A DNA stretch of 64,000 bases, taken from contig CM082583.2 of NCBI GenBank assembly GCA_040954595.2, positions 9,685,656-9,749,655 on the forward strand. The letters run 5' to 3'. The notes beneath the pieces are model-generated. The model was not told the origin of the DNA. It ran no database searches and saw nothing but the letters and a program-made list of their open reading frames with translations. The position numbers were made by a program, and so were the translations under genes. Source of the stretch: Balanoglossus misakiensis (Eukaryota > Animalia > Hemichordata). Positions within the stretch are counted from its first letter, which is position 1; each line of letters opens with the position of its first letter. Positions 1 through 12,800 of this stretch are shown one piece after another.

Positions 1-893
1 TTAAGCCTTGAAGCGAGTGTTTACTGAATACCATCATCTGGGATATCCGTCGTTATCATGCTTTAAAATGTATTATACAACAATTTCTTTTGTCAATCTC
101 TCGGTCTCGTTAATATTCAGAACTCAACATGGACACTGTGCGCGGAACGGACGCACCACATGAAATGATTGTTTAAAACAATTAGATGAAAGTTGTGTCT
201 ATGGTAACCACGACTTCAGAGTAAAATTCTATAAAGCGATTTGTCGTACAGATGACCGAACCATGATCATGGCTGGGCTTGCCGTTACGGCATATCGCAC
301 GTATTATAATGGTAATAAATTTCAGTACCCTTTATAGTGCATTTACGACCATTTAGTGAATTGTTTTAAGATATAAAACTATGTCGATGGCATCACTTTG
401 TCAATTTGACGTAAAATGTTGATGGATGGACTATCTAACATATTACAGGAAATAGTTCCTATGCCATAGTCATTCTTGTGGGAAGAACCAGTGCCGCGGT
501 GTAATGGTGGATCCCTGATGATTTACGGTTATTGCTTTGCGTTTTGAATTACACGCCATCTTGATGAAGTGTTGCGCGGGGTGACGAAAAACACTTTCTA
601 GAAATCCCCAATGATTTTGACATCCGTAACAACAGTGCGAGTGATTTCACATAATTATTGATGTTTGTTTGGGCAGATTTTTTCTGAGGCATCACTGTGT
701 GCAACCAAAGCATATGGTGCGGAGTGTGGTACCGACGAGTACAATTAATAGAGTTGAAACTCCTCTTTTAATTTTCTCCAATAATTATCCACATATTCCG
801 TCTCTAAAGACAGAAATAACATAGTGTGTAACATACACAGGGATTTGTAGATGGTGCATATGGTGGTAGGATTTGGTTACCTTACCTTTACAT

Positions 894-967
894 GAACGAA
901 CGGACTGACGGACGCACGCATTCAGCCCAATCTATACGTCACACTGACTACGTCCGCGGGGACTAAT
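894..967 (-). mobile_element. Possible decayed 5' end of a HINE-like element in intron 1 of gene A
   Basis: The minus strand reads ATTAGTCCCCGCGGAC...GACGTATAG.TTGGG...GCGTGCGTCCGTCAGTCCGTTCGTTC, the same layout (TAG-TCCC start, imperfect inverted repeat, GTCY microsatellite) as the 60.9-kb element. Confidence 0.35.
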
Positions 968-1476
968 GAAATTATGTCCGGGTACAATTTAAACGATTGG
1001 TCGCAAGGGAACACACTCCAGTCGTTTTTTGTATGATTAATCGGGTGCTTGAAGCAAAGTGTTGGAGAAAATTCGATCTAATTTTGTTTTTGAAAAAAGA
1101 ATCACAAAGATGGACTTAATTTGAACTCTTCTACAGTATCAATGTCTACAGCAAGAGAGGTAAATCCTATGCGTGGCTTTGAAGAAACACGTCATGGAGG
1201 TGGCGAGAATTTTGGTGTCTTTTTGTTTGAAGGTGTACTGCCGTCTGCTACTACACAATTCCTTAATTGAAATCTCCATCGCACTCAGATAAGCGAACGC
1301 TGCGTATACTCATTACATGTATATGGTTTCATAAGGTAAGACGTCAGTACTGATTAAATTAGCAAATGAGTCCTATAAGTAACCATGGCAAGTAAACGAC
1401 GCGTGCAGATTTCCTAAATGCGCGGATATATTAAAACAGTATTCAATAAAAATGGAAAGCCGTTTTTGTTACTTAC

Positions 1477-1806
1477 ATATTGGGTGTAAGCGACCAGTCG
1501 ACACACGAAATCGCCCAATATCCACCTGTCCGGCAGTATGTACAATAGTGAGGTGCTCGGTGCGCAGACGACAACGAATATCAGACTTGATATAGCTACA
1601 TTCAAGATGTAGAAATTGGTGACGTTGTGCATACTTGGGAACTTAATGACGATGTATATGACAAGGCCATTTCCAATCACGCCAATTAAGGTAATGATGC
1701 CGAATATGATTGGGACTATGAAGATGGACACGTCAACGCCCCAACTTTCATTGTTAGTTATATTTGTAGTGTTGGCATACATCGGAGCTCCCTCCGACTC
1801 GCACAT
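1477..1806 (-). CDS. KISS1R: Kisspeptin-receptor-like (KISS1R/GPR54-type) class A GPCR, gene A, first coding exon (N-terminus to mid-TM3); remaining exons lie left of the window
   Basis: Translation MCESEGAPMYANTTNITNNESW...IGVIGNGLVIYIV...MHNVTNFYILNVAISSLIFVVVCAPSTSLLYILPDRWILGDFVCRLVAYTQY has N-glycosylation sequons, the TM1 GN motif, TNFYI, and ECL1 W..GD..C, closely matching KISS1R (GNSLVIYVI..MRTVTNFYIANLA..ALLYP.P.WVLGDFMCK). First in-frame ATG is at 1806. A GTAAGT donor (1476-1471) follows the Tyr codon in phase 0, the same position as in gene B. The symbol indicates family, not proven orthology. Confidence 0.88.
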
Positions 1807-3424
1807 GCTCCCAACGTCCTTTAACGTCGCCACGCTGACCAATGGACGGTGCACCGCAGCCGAAAAGAGTTTTCCCGCCCTTCCGTCACAGTAGATTAGC
1901 TCGACGGCTGATGATGCTTGTATCCTTATCCTTAAACCGATGCAGTGCCGGTTAATCTCGCTCCCTTAATAATTATTTTGAAGGACGATATGGTTATACG
2001 TACATACAGTCACTATTCCGTTTTATACCGAGTTCCCGCCGTCTCTGGTTTTCTGATAGATCGTGGAAACACTCAACAGTTATCTCAGCACTCTTGTAGC
2101 CCTTTTCACCAGAAAAGCGGTTCGCCAGTCCGCAGAACGGTCCAAGTCACAGTCTTTTTCACGGCTATGCAATCACAGGTTCTCCTAATTGAATCGGAAA
2201 CAACGTTGTGTGCGGCGTCGGCTTCGACTGACCACAGCCGCCTGTGTTCTGAATATCGTTAAAACTAAACCTCTCCTGTGCGCAGACGCAGTATAGTCCA
2301 GATGGAGAGATAGCTAGCTATTCCACGCCCGTTGTGATCAATGTCTGCCCTCTTCATTGACGCTACCTTACAATGGTGGATGTCGGCCGGAAATGCTTTT
2401 ATGAGTCATGGCTTCCCCCAAGACTTCCCCTTTGTCCGCCGATTGAGCTTTTGATTGGTTGGTTTTAGAAGCTGCCACTTTGGAGTGACATCCGTTCGTC
2501 ATCTGCGCCCGCTATCACGGTCCACGAATATGCGATGCGCCACCTGTCAGATAGAACAGCGAAATTGGCATATAAAAGCAAAATAGGATAACATTGAAAT
2601 CGCCTAAGCGTTTGATTGAGAATGCGACTTCCCATTTTAAAGACACTTTTCCACTTTATAGTGGAATAAACTCAATAATTATAGGTTTACTCTTTTGCAA
2701 AAACTGTCCATAACTATTGTTGATTTCCAACAGATATACATGACTGTCGTTTCACGGTGTGTTGGAGTCTAAAATATTTGAACTGTTCCGCTACCTGCAA
2801 AAGAGTAACATACATAGTGTATTCAATAACAATCCGCACACATAATTGTCAAGTGTATAATTTTATCACCTCGCTGCTGCATTGTAACGTATGCGTTGTA
2901 TAGGATATGTGGCACACTTATCACCGCACAGAGCTTTGTTTCAGAAAGCACGAGAAAAAGAACACCGCCACAAGGCACTTCCGGTATCTCACATTCCCCG
3001 CTGGACACCAACATGCATATTTACCTATCATCCGATCGACTCGCATGGGCAGAGCTATCAAAGTCAATTCTCGCGAACCTCGCACTCTATATATTTCGGC
3101 AATGTATTAAACACAATGTTAATTGCCGAGTTTCACCCATCAGCTGTATGTTGTGCTGTTTACACTTTCTGGGCGGCGCGTACCTGATCATGCATGCGTT
3201 GCAAGCAATTCACCACGAGGAAGTTAGGCGTGCTAAGCGTTGTAAAGCAGGCTCTGTGGTGATTGGCCTGGGCGACGCGGCGATATTTGTCTCGCGGCTA
3301 CTGACTTCAGGTTATCCAGACATGTCAAGAAACAAGATCATCTTGTAATGATTCTCAGGGGACAGTTAATTCTTATCTCATGTACGCACCGTGTTACTCC
3401 TGTACATGATTTTCCGCTCAATGC

Positions 3425-3480
3425 GAGATTTCCCGAGACTTGCTAGCCACCTGAGATTTCTCGAGACTTGCTAGCCGCCT
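3425..3480. repeat. 28-bp tandem duplication
   Basis: GAGATTTC.CGAGACTTGCTAGCC.CCT twice, with two mismatches. Confidence 0.9.
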
Positions 3481-6380
3481 AACACATGTCAAGGCCTGTG
3501 TGAATCTTGTGCCATTTGACACGGTGGACAGTGTGTTATTTTTCATGCATCGCACGAGAATGTCCTCTATATAAAACTGCATAGCAAAGCGAGATCTCGC
3601 AAGTTCTCACGTAGTTCGGGAAATGGTCTATAGGATAGCGACTTCAGTGGTGGAGAATCCCGGCCACTACTCACGGTGAGGACATCGCCTCGCATTCTCG
3701 ATCTCTTTGCCATTCTTATAAGTACGTTGTTACTTTTCTCGCCACCAGAATACGCGCCTGGCAGATTCTGTCCACACGCTGTGATTGACAACTGTAGCTA
3801 TAGGGCAGTAGAGCAGGAGAAGTCACAAAGGTTTTCGCACTCATTGATCTCGATGTTATTCATTAAAACGAACGGTATGGGATCGGTGATGCCACTTAAC
3901 GGACACGAGGGGCAATCACCTGCATCTTCGTATACATGACCTCTTGTTTATCGGTTGCGTTCGCTTTCCGATGTGCGGTACCGCTGGTTTCCAGGGAAAT
4001 ATCATGCGCGCGCCAGACTCGAAGTTTTCCTCAGAAAGCTGGCCCAGCACACAATGCTTGTATACGGACAGCGGGACAGAAATTGTTAGCAACGTTTTTG
4101 TGTGTACACGGCTCTCCCGCCGACCAGGTTTATCATGTTTGCAATCTGTAAAACATGTTTTTGTTTGGCAACCGACATTTTGATAAGTAAAGGTAGGAAA
4201 GAATTTTCTGGCCATTTTACCATTCTCTCAATCTCTTTCACCGTCTCTCTCATAAAGATACATAGATGCATCGATAGGGAGTATTTTTGAAAAGCATCAC
4301 TCAATGCCACATAATCCAGCTGAATGCTACCAATACCTGGTCTTGTTCAATCGCCAACCTCCGCGGAATACAATGAATATAATTCGGTCCCATTCCTCTC
4401 ATTATGCCCGCTGTCATGGAAACTAATGATGGCTGTGGGAGCTGAGGGCCATGAGATCCGTTCTCTGGTGAGCAAAAGTGGTCCTTTTTCGCACTGTATG
4501 CGTGTAGATTGCTTGATCGGTTAGGCGTTACAGTGTGAAATGCGCGGCGAGGACCAGATTGCCTGCTATGTAACTCTGAAGGATTTTACCTAGTTTGATT
4601 GATTGATCCACCATTTTGTTTGTGAGATTTCAGAGCAAGGTTTGAAAAAAATATGACGGGTGGCCTGATTCACGCGATGCGTAACATATGCGTTCAAAGC
4701 TAATTTCATCTCTGTAAATGAGAAATGCAATATTCAAGAACGGACGTTTGCTGCAGGAGTCTGTTGTTAATAAAAAATCAACCGCCACACGATTCTCTAG
4801 AGTGTGTTACTGTCGTCTATATTGCTCGAGCTACCTGTAAGAGTGGATGCCGGGACACCGAAAGACCTTTAATATGTGACCAGCTGTGTCCAGACAAAAG
4901 ATCTGTGAGGTGGTCTTTTACATCGAAAAGTCTTAACGGGCAAGACCGCAGTATGCGTGTGTTCTATACGAGACTAAAAACGACACGTTACCGCTTGCGC
5001 ATACGCGGTGCATTGCTATACATCCTAATCGCGATTGCTCGCTGCACCACAAGACCAGTTAATTAAGTTGGAAGTATTTTCTCATTCACGTCTGTATGCT
5101 CTGCATAGTAATGAGAGACACGCTTTGGCGATGCCTGCTCGGAACATCTATCTAGATACACCAATCCGTGGAAAACTGCGATGGCACTGCGGCGACACCC
5201 AATTATATTTTTCCTGAAGGCTGTAAATAACAGGACTTGTCTAAAATGTTAACGACATCGAGATTTACAGCAAATCCTTAAGTCGATCGCGCGCCTATAC
5301 CACCGTTCACGGACGGACAAGTGCCCGAAGCGCCGATTTAAAGAGAATTGATGTCTTCTGTTCCTTTATCGCGTGTCATGCTCAGCGTTTACGTACGGTC
5401 GAGATTGTGGCTACATGTAATAATTGACTCAACTTATTCATTGTCACGTTTTTGCCTGCGTTTCTCCATTCACATGCAAAAAGGATGAGATATTCTCCAT
5501 GATTAGGGCAGAAACGCTGGCATTGTAAACGCAGAGGATGTAAAACCAACAGCTTTACAGCCAGTGATTATAAGCATAAAGGAAGACACAATAAGTGTAC
5601 AACAAAGTTAAACCTGTCGGCAGACTCAATAAAGATGGTAAATGCAACACAGGAAAATTATTGCATTTAAGAAAAAAAAACCACAAAAAAACCCCACACA
5701 ACATAAAATGGTTCTGCTATGCATAACTATTTATGATTAATGCTAATTGACCGAAAAACCAAGGACTGACTTGTTTTATTATCCATTAATGCTCTGCAGT
5801 ATATCTAATTGCCGTGTTGATTTACGCACATCGTTCCATTTTTTGAGAGCCACGTTCACAGAAAAGGGCAAACAGATAATTTGAGAAAAGAAAATATTTC
5901 ATTTGTCACAAACAGGAGATCCCCACACAAAACTAATAAGTTTCCACCTCCTGAAAACGCAATAGCTGAAAATACATCAGATCTCTTTGCGAAGTATTTC
6001 AAAAGTGACGATACCGTGTTCAATTATAGTGAGCTAGGTTTGTTGAGATTAGGACATCCACGATAAACCTCATTACCATATTCGTAATAGTAGTTCCCAT
6101 GGCATTACGTATATATTAAATGGAATGGTAAGATCCTAGTAATCCGTGATGCCATTTTAATTAACAGACCCCCACGAAAATAAAATGTTTTTCGCGGGGT
6201 TGGCTAGGCCATCACTTCAACTTAAAAATCGAGTCCTCGGGGTTTTCACACACGTTGCTTTAACAGGCGAGCGTATACTTGCAACTTCCAACTGGCACCC
6301 TGTTACAAATGTCAATGTTTCAGTCAAAAAAATATTACCCGATCAGTGTAGACGTATAATGAAGGTTAGTTATTTATATT

Positions 6381-6808
6381 TACAGCCGAAATTATGAAAG
6401 GTCGCCGATTCAATATGTGATCTAGACGTCCTGTGTGCACTGAACACACGATGTGTTTATCTAACACAAACAACAGAACCTCTCATAAAAGAGATGCGGT
6501 ATCATTAGACTAATTACAGATGGTAGTCTGGAAACACGCTCCCCCTCAGAGAGAGTTGTTTACTTGGGTACGATGTCAAAGTTTAATCTCAAAGTGTATA
6601 CGCTTTATGTTGAGAGTGTACCCAAGTAAACAACTCTCTCTGAGGGGGAGCGTGTTTCCAGACTACCATCTGTAATTAGTCTAATGATACCGCATCTCTT
6701 TTATGAGAGGTTCTGTTGTTTGTGTTAGATAAACACATCGTGTGTTCAGTGCACACAGGACGTCTAGATCACATATTGAATCGGCGACCTTTCATAATTT
6801 CGGCTGTA
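6381..6808. mobile_element. Palindromic MITE / non-autonomous DNA transposon (Tc1/mariner-like TA target duplication)
   Basis: 6381-6571 is the exact reverse complement of 6618-6808 (191-bp arms, 46-bp spacer). Ends read TA|CAGCCG...CGGCTG|TA. No coding capacity. Confidence 0.88.
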
Positions 6809-9800
6809 GTTTACTGATTAATGGTACTTTATAGTCCTCGCCATGTGCACTTTGTGCATTAATTATTTCCAATTGCAATACTTTCCCGCAAAACGAGATG
6901 CGATCGACGTTCACGCTGTGTTGCGGTCTGGCTCGGGTTTGTCTCCCATAGATCTAGAGACATACGGGCGACTACTCGTGAATAAAGGTTAAAAGTTTCC
7001 CTCTGACGTCATCACAGGTTGAGATTCACAACAGGATGGGATGTATATGAGCTTTAAAAATGTCCCTCAGGCAAGAAAAATCTTCTGCTTCCTCAGAGTC
7101 AAATGTAAAAATTATGAGAATCATCATAGGTGACATTATTGGTACACTATAAATAACCCTCCTTATACAAAATCTCATATTGGCAAATGACCGGGTTACT
7201 CTGATCAAAATCATGTCTTGTCTCCCAGTTCGTTGTCTGAGAGTGTCTCACTTTCGGTATTATTTTAGCGTTGATTCAATCAAGGAAGGAAGACTAGACT
7301 TAAAAAGTTCGCAATGTATTCTGTCCACGAGCGCTTCTTTCAGTTGCGCCTGTACGGCCTTCCGTACCTGAAGTGGCCATAACAAGTTTTGTTAAGTGTC
7401 ACTTTCTCTCAGAGGTCGCGAGGGATTAATAACCATTAAAGGCAAAATACAGAATAGCTTGAACCTGACATTACCAATCAAGGGGCTAATACCGACAGGG
7501 AATTCGTGTCGATGAACCGTAAGCTTTTCGTTTTAACTAATAACACGGTCAGACATCGTCTTCGTGCTGAATGATCTCCACGTATATAGTGGGATATTTT
7601 ATTCTGATTATGCGCGCGCATGTGTCACACAGGATGATTGAAAAAATGAAATAATGAGCCGGACATGCCCGGCGCCCTTTTCTCGTGCCTGGTATAGTGT
7701 AAATAATTAATAAAATGAATCTTTCATTTTTAGTGGCTGTCTCGTATATTGCCCTCGTTACACAGATGGATTGTAATCCCGGTCACTGTCAGTTCAAATC
7801 CCCGATCAATTCACTGTACTTTATTTAGTGAATTAGATGGTTTAGTGGTTTTTTCTCGGCTGTTAAATTAATTAAGAAAAACAAAACCAGTTTCTTGAAC
7901 TATTCGACTCCACGATTGAGGAAGGTTTATATGAGCGGAAATCACAAGTGTTAATGAAGAGTAACGCAAAACTGCGTTCTAGCTACTAAGGTAGAGTTAA
8001 CTTGTATCCGGAAAATCAATACTAATCGCTAGACATAAAACACTATTCAATAAATTTCGTTGTCCCGAAGCTGACCAGCTATCCCTGTCGTCTTTACATC
8101 AGAACTTCATGAATTGTGACGAGTATTCATTAGGCACAGTAGATGTATAACAACCCAAGTGACGTCATTGCATCTGGGTCTCGTAATGGCGATTTGAGAC
8201 AGCATGAATTTGAATTTTAAAACCCGGACTAGAAATACCAAAGCGAAAATCTGATGGAAGCAACTAAGTTACAAAGTACCAACAGACAAGCTTGATATGT
8301 TTGAATCCAATTTAATTGGTTAGCGATTTAGTTTTCCCGCGTGCACGATACTTCAAGAAAATGATTGTGCCCCAACACTACGCTAACAATTAAAAGAAGT
8401 CGGGGGCAGGCAAAGGCCAGAAGCGGGGCTGTCGAACATGATGTACAATAATTATATATGTTACACTTGTCCGACACGGCCAGTCATTCTGTCGGTGTTC
8501 TTCGGCGGATGTGACATACCACACGGGAGTCGTAAGTACGCGAGTTTGAAATCTCGTGGTAATATCTCCAGGAAGGCTGCGCTGCGCTGGATTATTGTGG
8601 CTCCGTGGCATGTCAAACCAGCCCTGAGGGAGTTGTCAGACGCTAATATGTGTGCATTATCTCTTTCAATTTTCTACATTGGCCAGATAATCAGCGGACA
8701 TAAAAATCCCTTCAGATACTAGTGGTTGATTCTGTGAACCTTTGCAAATATTCTAGTTTGATAAATTGTCCATAACAGATCATGGACTTCTTCGGTTGAA
8801 AATTGGGGTTTACGGAGAGACTGGCCTTGACGTTTGTCGGTGTGTTCTTTATCTTGTCATCAAAGCACGGGACGATTGTTTCTCCGTGGAAGGTTTTTAC
8901 ATCTGGGTAAACCCTGTAATGAGATTGGCGGAGACGTCTGATATTGACAGCGAAGACGTTAAGCGGAGATAGCGATTCGGCGATGAAGCAGTCAATACGC
9001 GAAAGTACTCGAAAGTGAACATAAAAGCATCTTATCACTGCATAGTCAGCAATTATTTCAGGTCGACTGAACAATGTAAACTTTTGAGTGGTTGTATTTT
9101 AAATCAAAACACCTATTGGGTTTGCCTTTGCCATGAAAAAATCGTCCTAAGATAGGCACTGTACCTAAAAGAAAACGACTGGTTTGCCACAATCCGTGCA
9201 AGCCTTCTATAATGCTTGAAAGTCAAAAAAATTTAGAACAAAATCCTGAGTGGACAATCGAGATATATCTCCATAGTTACTTGGGTGTTGGTCCACTGAT
9301 GGTAGTTAAAGTTCTTGCTTGTAAGGAATGCTGTTATTAACTTTCTTACATTCTCAGTGTTAGAGTCTGTATGCAAACCGGCATCAGTAAGTGTCCTTAT
9401 TGGTCGACTCCGCGCCCACTAATCTGTACATTCAGTGTGAACAACCGAACCACGCGGGACACATCCGCCGAACACATGTATCGGCATGCCCTCGCTTCCT
9501 GCTTACACATCAATCGATATGTGCATGACGATATGATAATCATCACCGAAGAGCATTTGTCTTGTAATTTCAACCGGTTTCGCCTCCCAACGGTGAACGG
9601 TGTTTTGATCTTCCGCATCACGCAAATGCTAAGCACAGTAACCACCGATTTCATATTTTGTCCACATGTCACAGCCAGTAACTACCCGGCATTCTGACGT
9701 GTCATTGGAAATTTCCTTCGTCGCATTTGATTAGCTTTCGAAAAGCAATAAATAAAATAATAAAACGCGAACTGTTTTGAAAAAGAAGCAGTTCTGCGGC

Positions 9801-12800
9801 AGTCGACTGTATATACTGGGGGTCATTGTATCGTGTCGTGATGGCATCGACTTGTCAGATGAGTGTAAATTACTGCGTTCCGCGGACTAAGACCGAATCT
9901 TCATAAACCTTACAAGATCAGATTAGCGGCGGAGACCTGAAGTTTTGCCGATTCGGATTTATGTTCAAGATGCGTCGTGATTTGAAGATTCAAAGATGCC
10001 TAGTCTCTTGAAACCCGAATAAAACGTTGCAGGTTTTTAAAAAAAAAAAAACAGGTTTGATGGGCGCACGTCTTCGCAAATACAGGATTCTATGCATCTA
10101 CAAGTCAGGCAGGTCATTGAAATTGTGGAGTACAGCGACCAAACCCTCAGAGTGACCCCTTTCGACCTCTTTAACATTTGATCCCCGAAAGAAAGAAATC
10201 GTGGAAGAGATCCAGGCCCTAGTAATATCACTCCTTCACTGGAGACGGACACTAGAGACATTGCGTAAGTGCCTCTGTATGCGTTTCCGCAGTTGAACCT
10301 TGTTGGAAGATGGAGTATCCTGTATTGGATGAAAGCGAAAACCGTCTGACGCACCTGCTACGTCAGAGGCCTAATTACGGAATAAAACGTTTATCAACTT
10401 AAACCTACTCTGGCTTACAGACATTTTGAAGACTATTAGCCTAGCCTAAAGGGCTTAAATGACTTCCTTTGTCCAGAAAATTACTGGTGGCAATGTATCG
10501 TTAGGGGTTGGCACTCGGCAACCATCAACGCATTCTCTCGTAGAACTTGACGCAATTAGAATTCTCTGATTCATCGACAGGCGAGTATCCGCCATAGTTG
10601 GGGGGAAATTGAAGGTGGGCGAAGGTCTGAGATTTGAGATAGTGTATTTGCACATTCGGTAAAGCGTTTGTAGAAACCATGGAAACTTCCATCTGCCTGG
10701 CAGCGGTGATATTAATTGGAGCGTGAATCAAAGTGCCAACGAAATGCAACAAATTCTGCATGCATGTCTGCATTTCTTTTATCGTCGTCATTGTGCTATG
10801 TATTTCTTCAGTTGAAAAGGCAAGGAATGATTCACGCGAGAAACACTAACGCACACTAGCCTCTCAACATTTTCTGGCTGATATCACGTTATACAAGTGT
10901 GTCTGTTTGAACCCCACCCCCTTCGTGTCAGAAAAAAAAAGACAACGCTGTTTTGTCGCTGTAATCAACACGAGAAGTCCTTTGCGCACCTGCGCGAAGA
11001 TAAATAGCACTTCAACACTTCTGACGCCCAACTCGACTTCCTGTCAGCAAAAATGTGACGTGGAACAGATCTCACAAAATATCCGATTACATTAAATGAC
11101 AACAATTAGGCAGCCTTTATATTTACTACATCACGCCTCCTGTTACTTTGACGAGACATAAACGTCAGTTGTCATAGTAACTTTAAATTGATGTACCCTG
11201 TTAAATTCAAATTATCTAATTAAAGCGCCATTATCATATCGTTTGGCTACGTATTTTTGTCCTGTACATGTACGTTGGTGATGGATATGAGTCAAATACC
11301 AATTCATTTCAAACGAGTTCACAAATGACTCTTAAAACGAAACAGGCTTTGTAGGTAGGCCTGCAGTGGGCTACTTTGGAAAAATGTCCGAACCCCTAGG
11401 TATATTGAGTATTACTGTGACCAAGTTACGCATCGCCACGACATCATATTATAAATCTCCCATATAATCTGTATGCACGGTCAGCGGAGATGTATCCTCT
11501 GTGCTTATCGACAGCGGTGCTTTCTCTTGCATATCTGACGCTGGCGATATGGACACCGGCGAGAGACAAAGTTTTCCCTGACGTCTCGTTGCAGGAGTTG
11601 AATATGTCGAGGTGGAGTGTCGGATGAGATAAAAAAACAACATGCGAACGAAACTTTGCACATTTATCGTGTTCATATCTGGCATCCCTTGGTGCGATGT
11701 GGTAGATCATACACAGAAGGCCAAGCAACTGCCGATTACATACGCGCTTGTGTCACAGAGGACATACATTTGTAATTTTTAATATTGTAAGGATGGTGTC
11801 CTTTGATACGGCGCTGACAAGGAACGCAGTTGGCATACATCTACACCAGAGGAAGGACATAAGCCTATATACGCGTGATACATGTACCGCGTTTTTGGAT
11901 GATATAAATTTAGCACTTCATTGAGTTCTTCCGCACACGTAGGCACAGAACACTCCCGCACCTGGCTTCGGAGGCCCTGGAACAACATCCACTTGACCAA
12001 TAAAATCGGAAAAAAACGAAAAGATCCACTACCGAAATTCGATCTGTTGTTGCAGACCCTCGCATTGGGGGGGGGGGGGAGGGGTTGCTCTGAAAGAATA
12101 GCAATATCGATATCAAAACCTGACAATTTCCCGTTTCTGTTCCAAAATCAAACAGATGCACTCGGCTAAAAAGAACAAGGAAGGGCTCTCTGATTTTCTT
12201 GGAATTCAACTGACACTGAACACTGCGTTCACCTTTCTCTATCAGCGCATGATCACATAAAGCATACCATTAATATATAACCAGTGATTATGGCTGCCTT
12301 TTCTTTAACAAATGCCGCTTATAACCCTGAGGCTACTTTTTTGCCTCGCGTTCTTCTCCGAAAAAAAATCAATTTAACAGATTGTATCCGATATCACTAC
12401 AATATTCGGTATCGATTCACATTATTTATAACTATGTTATCATTTTCATGGACAAATACTTGTCCTTAAAAACAATTAAAATAAGACCAACAAATGGACA
12501 TGTTCTCTGAAAGATTAAACAATTCTCAGTCGCTCGTTGTGTTCTGCTGAAAAACAATTCCTCTAAACGACACCGTGGGCGAGCGTGCAACTTCAAGATA
12601 ACATTCATGAATATGACCTATATTCACCATAATTCCGGGATATCAAAATGAGGACCCCTCTAGGGCGCGGTAAAACCAAATTTCAAAGCAATCTGATAAG
12701 TGCATTCTCAGAATTAAATTTTCTAAGGAAGTGTGACAATGTAACGTAATCAAAAATCCAATATTTATAAATTCGCCACGCTTTAACGAACCTGAGGGGA

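Noticed and set aside
1414-1476. C-terminal tail VSNKNGFPFLL... of the 146-aa ORF, and likewise 37405-37431 and 50281-50396
   Set aside because: These are read-through into introns past canonical GT donors; receptor similarity stops at the donor.
1807-1854. GTG-initiated N-terminal extension of gene A
   Set aside because: GTG start called by a prokaryote-style ORF finder. The first in-frame ATG is at 1806.
2402-2458. AP-1 (TGAGTCA) and CCAAT-like motifs upstream of gene A; ATTGG at ~36647 upstream of gene B
   Set aside because: Short motifs expected by chance, and the transcription start sites are unknown.
11779-12126. ORF containing NRSNFGSGSFRF, superficially kisspeptin-like, considered as a ligand gene between the receptors
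   Set aside because: No signal peptide, no Gly-Lys/Arg amidation and cleavage site after RF, and the poly-Pro comes from a G homopolymer.
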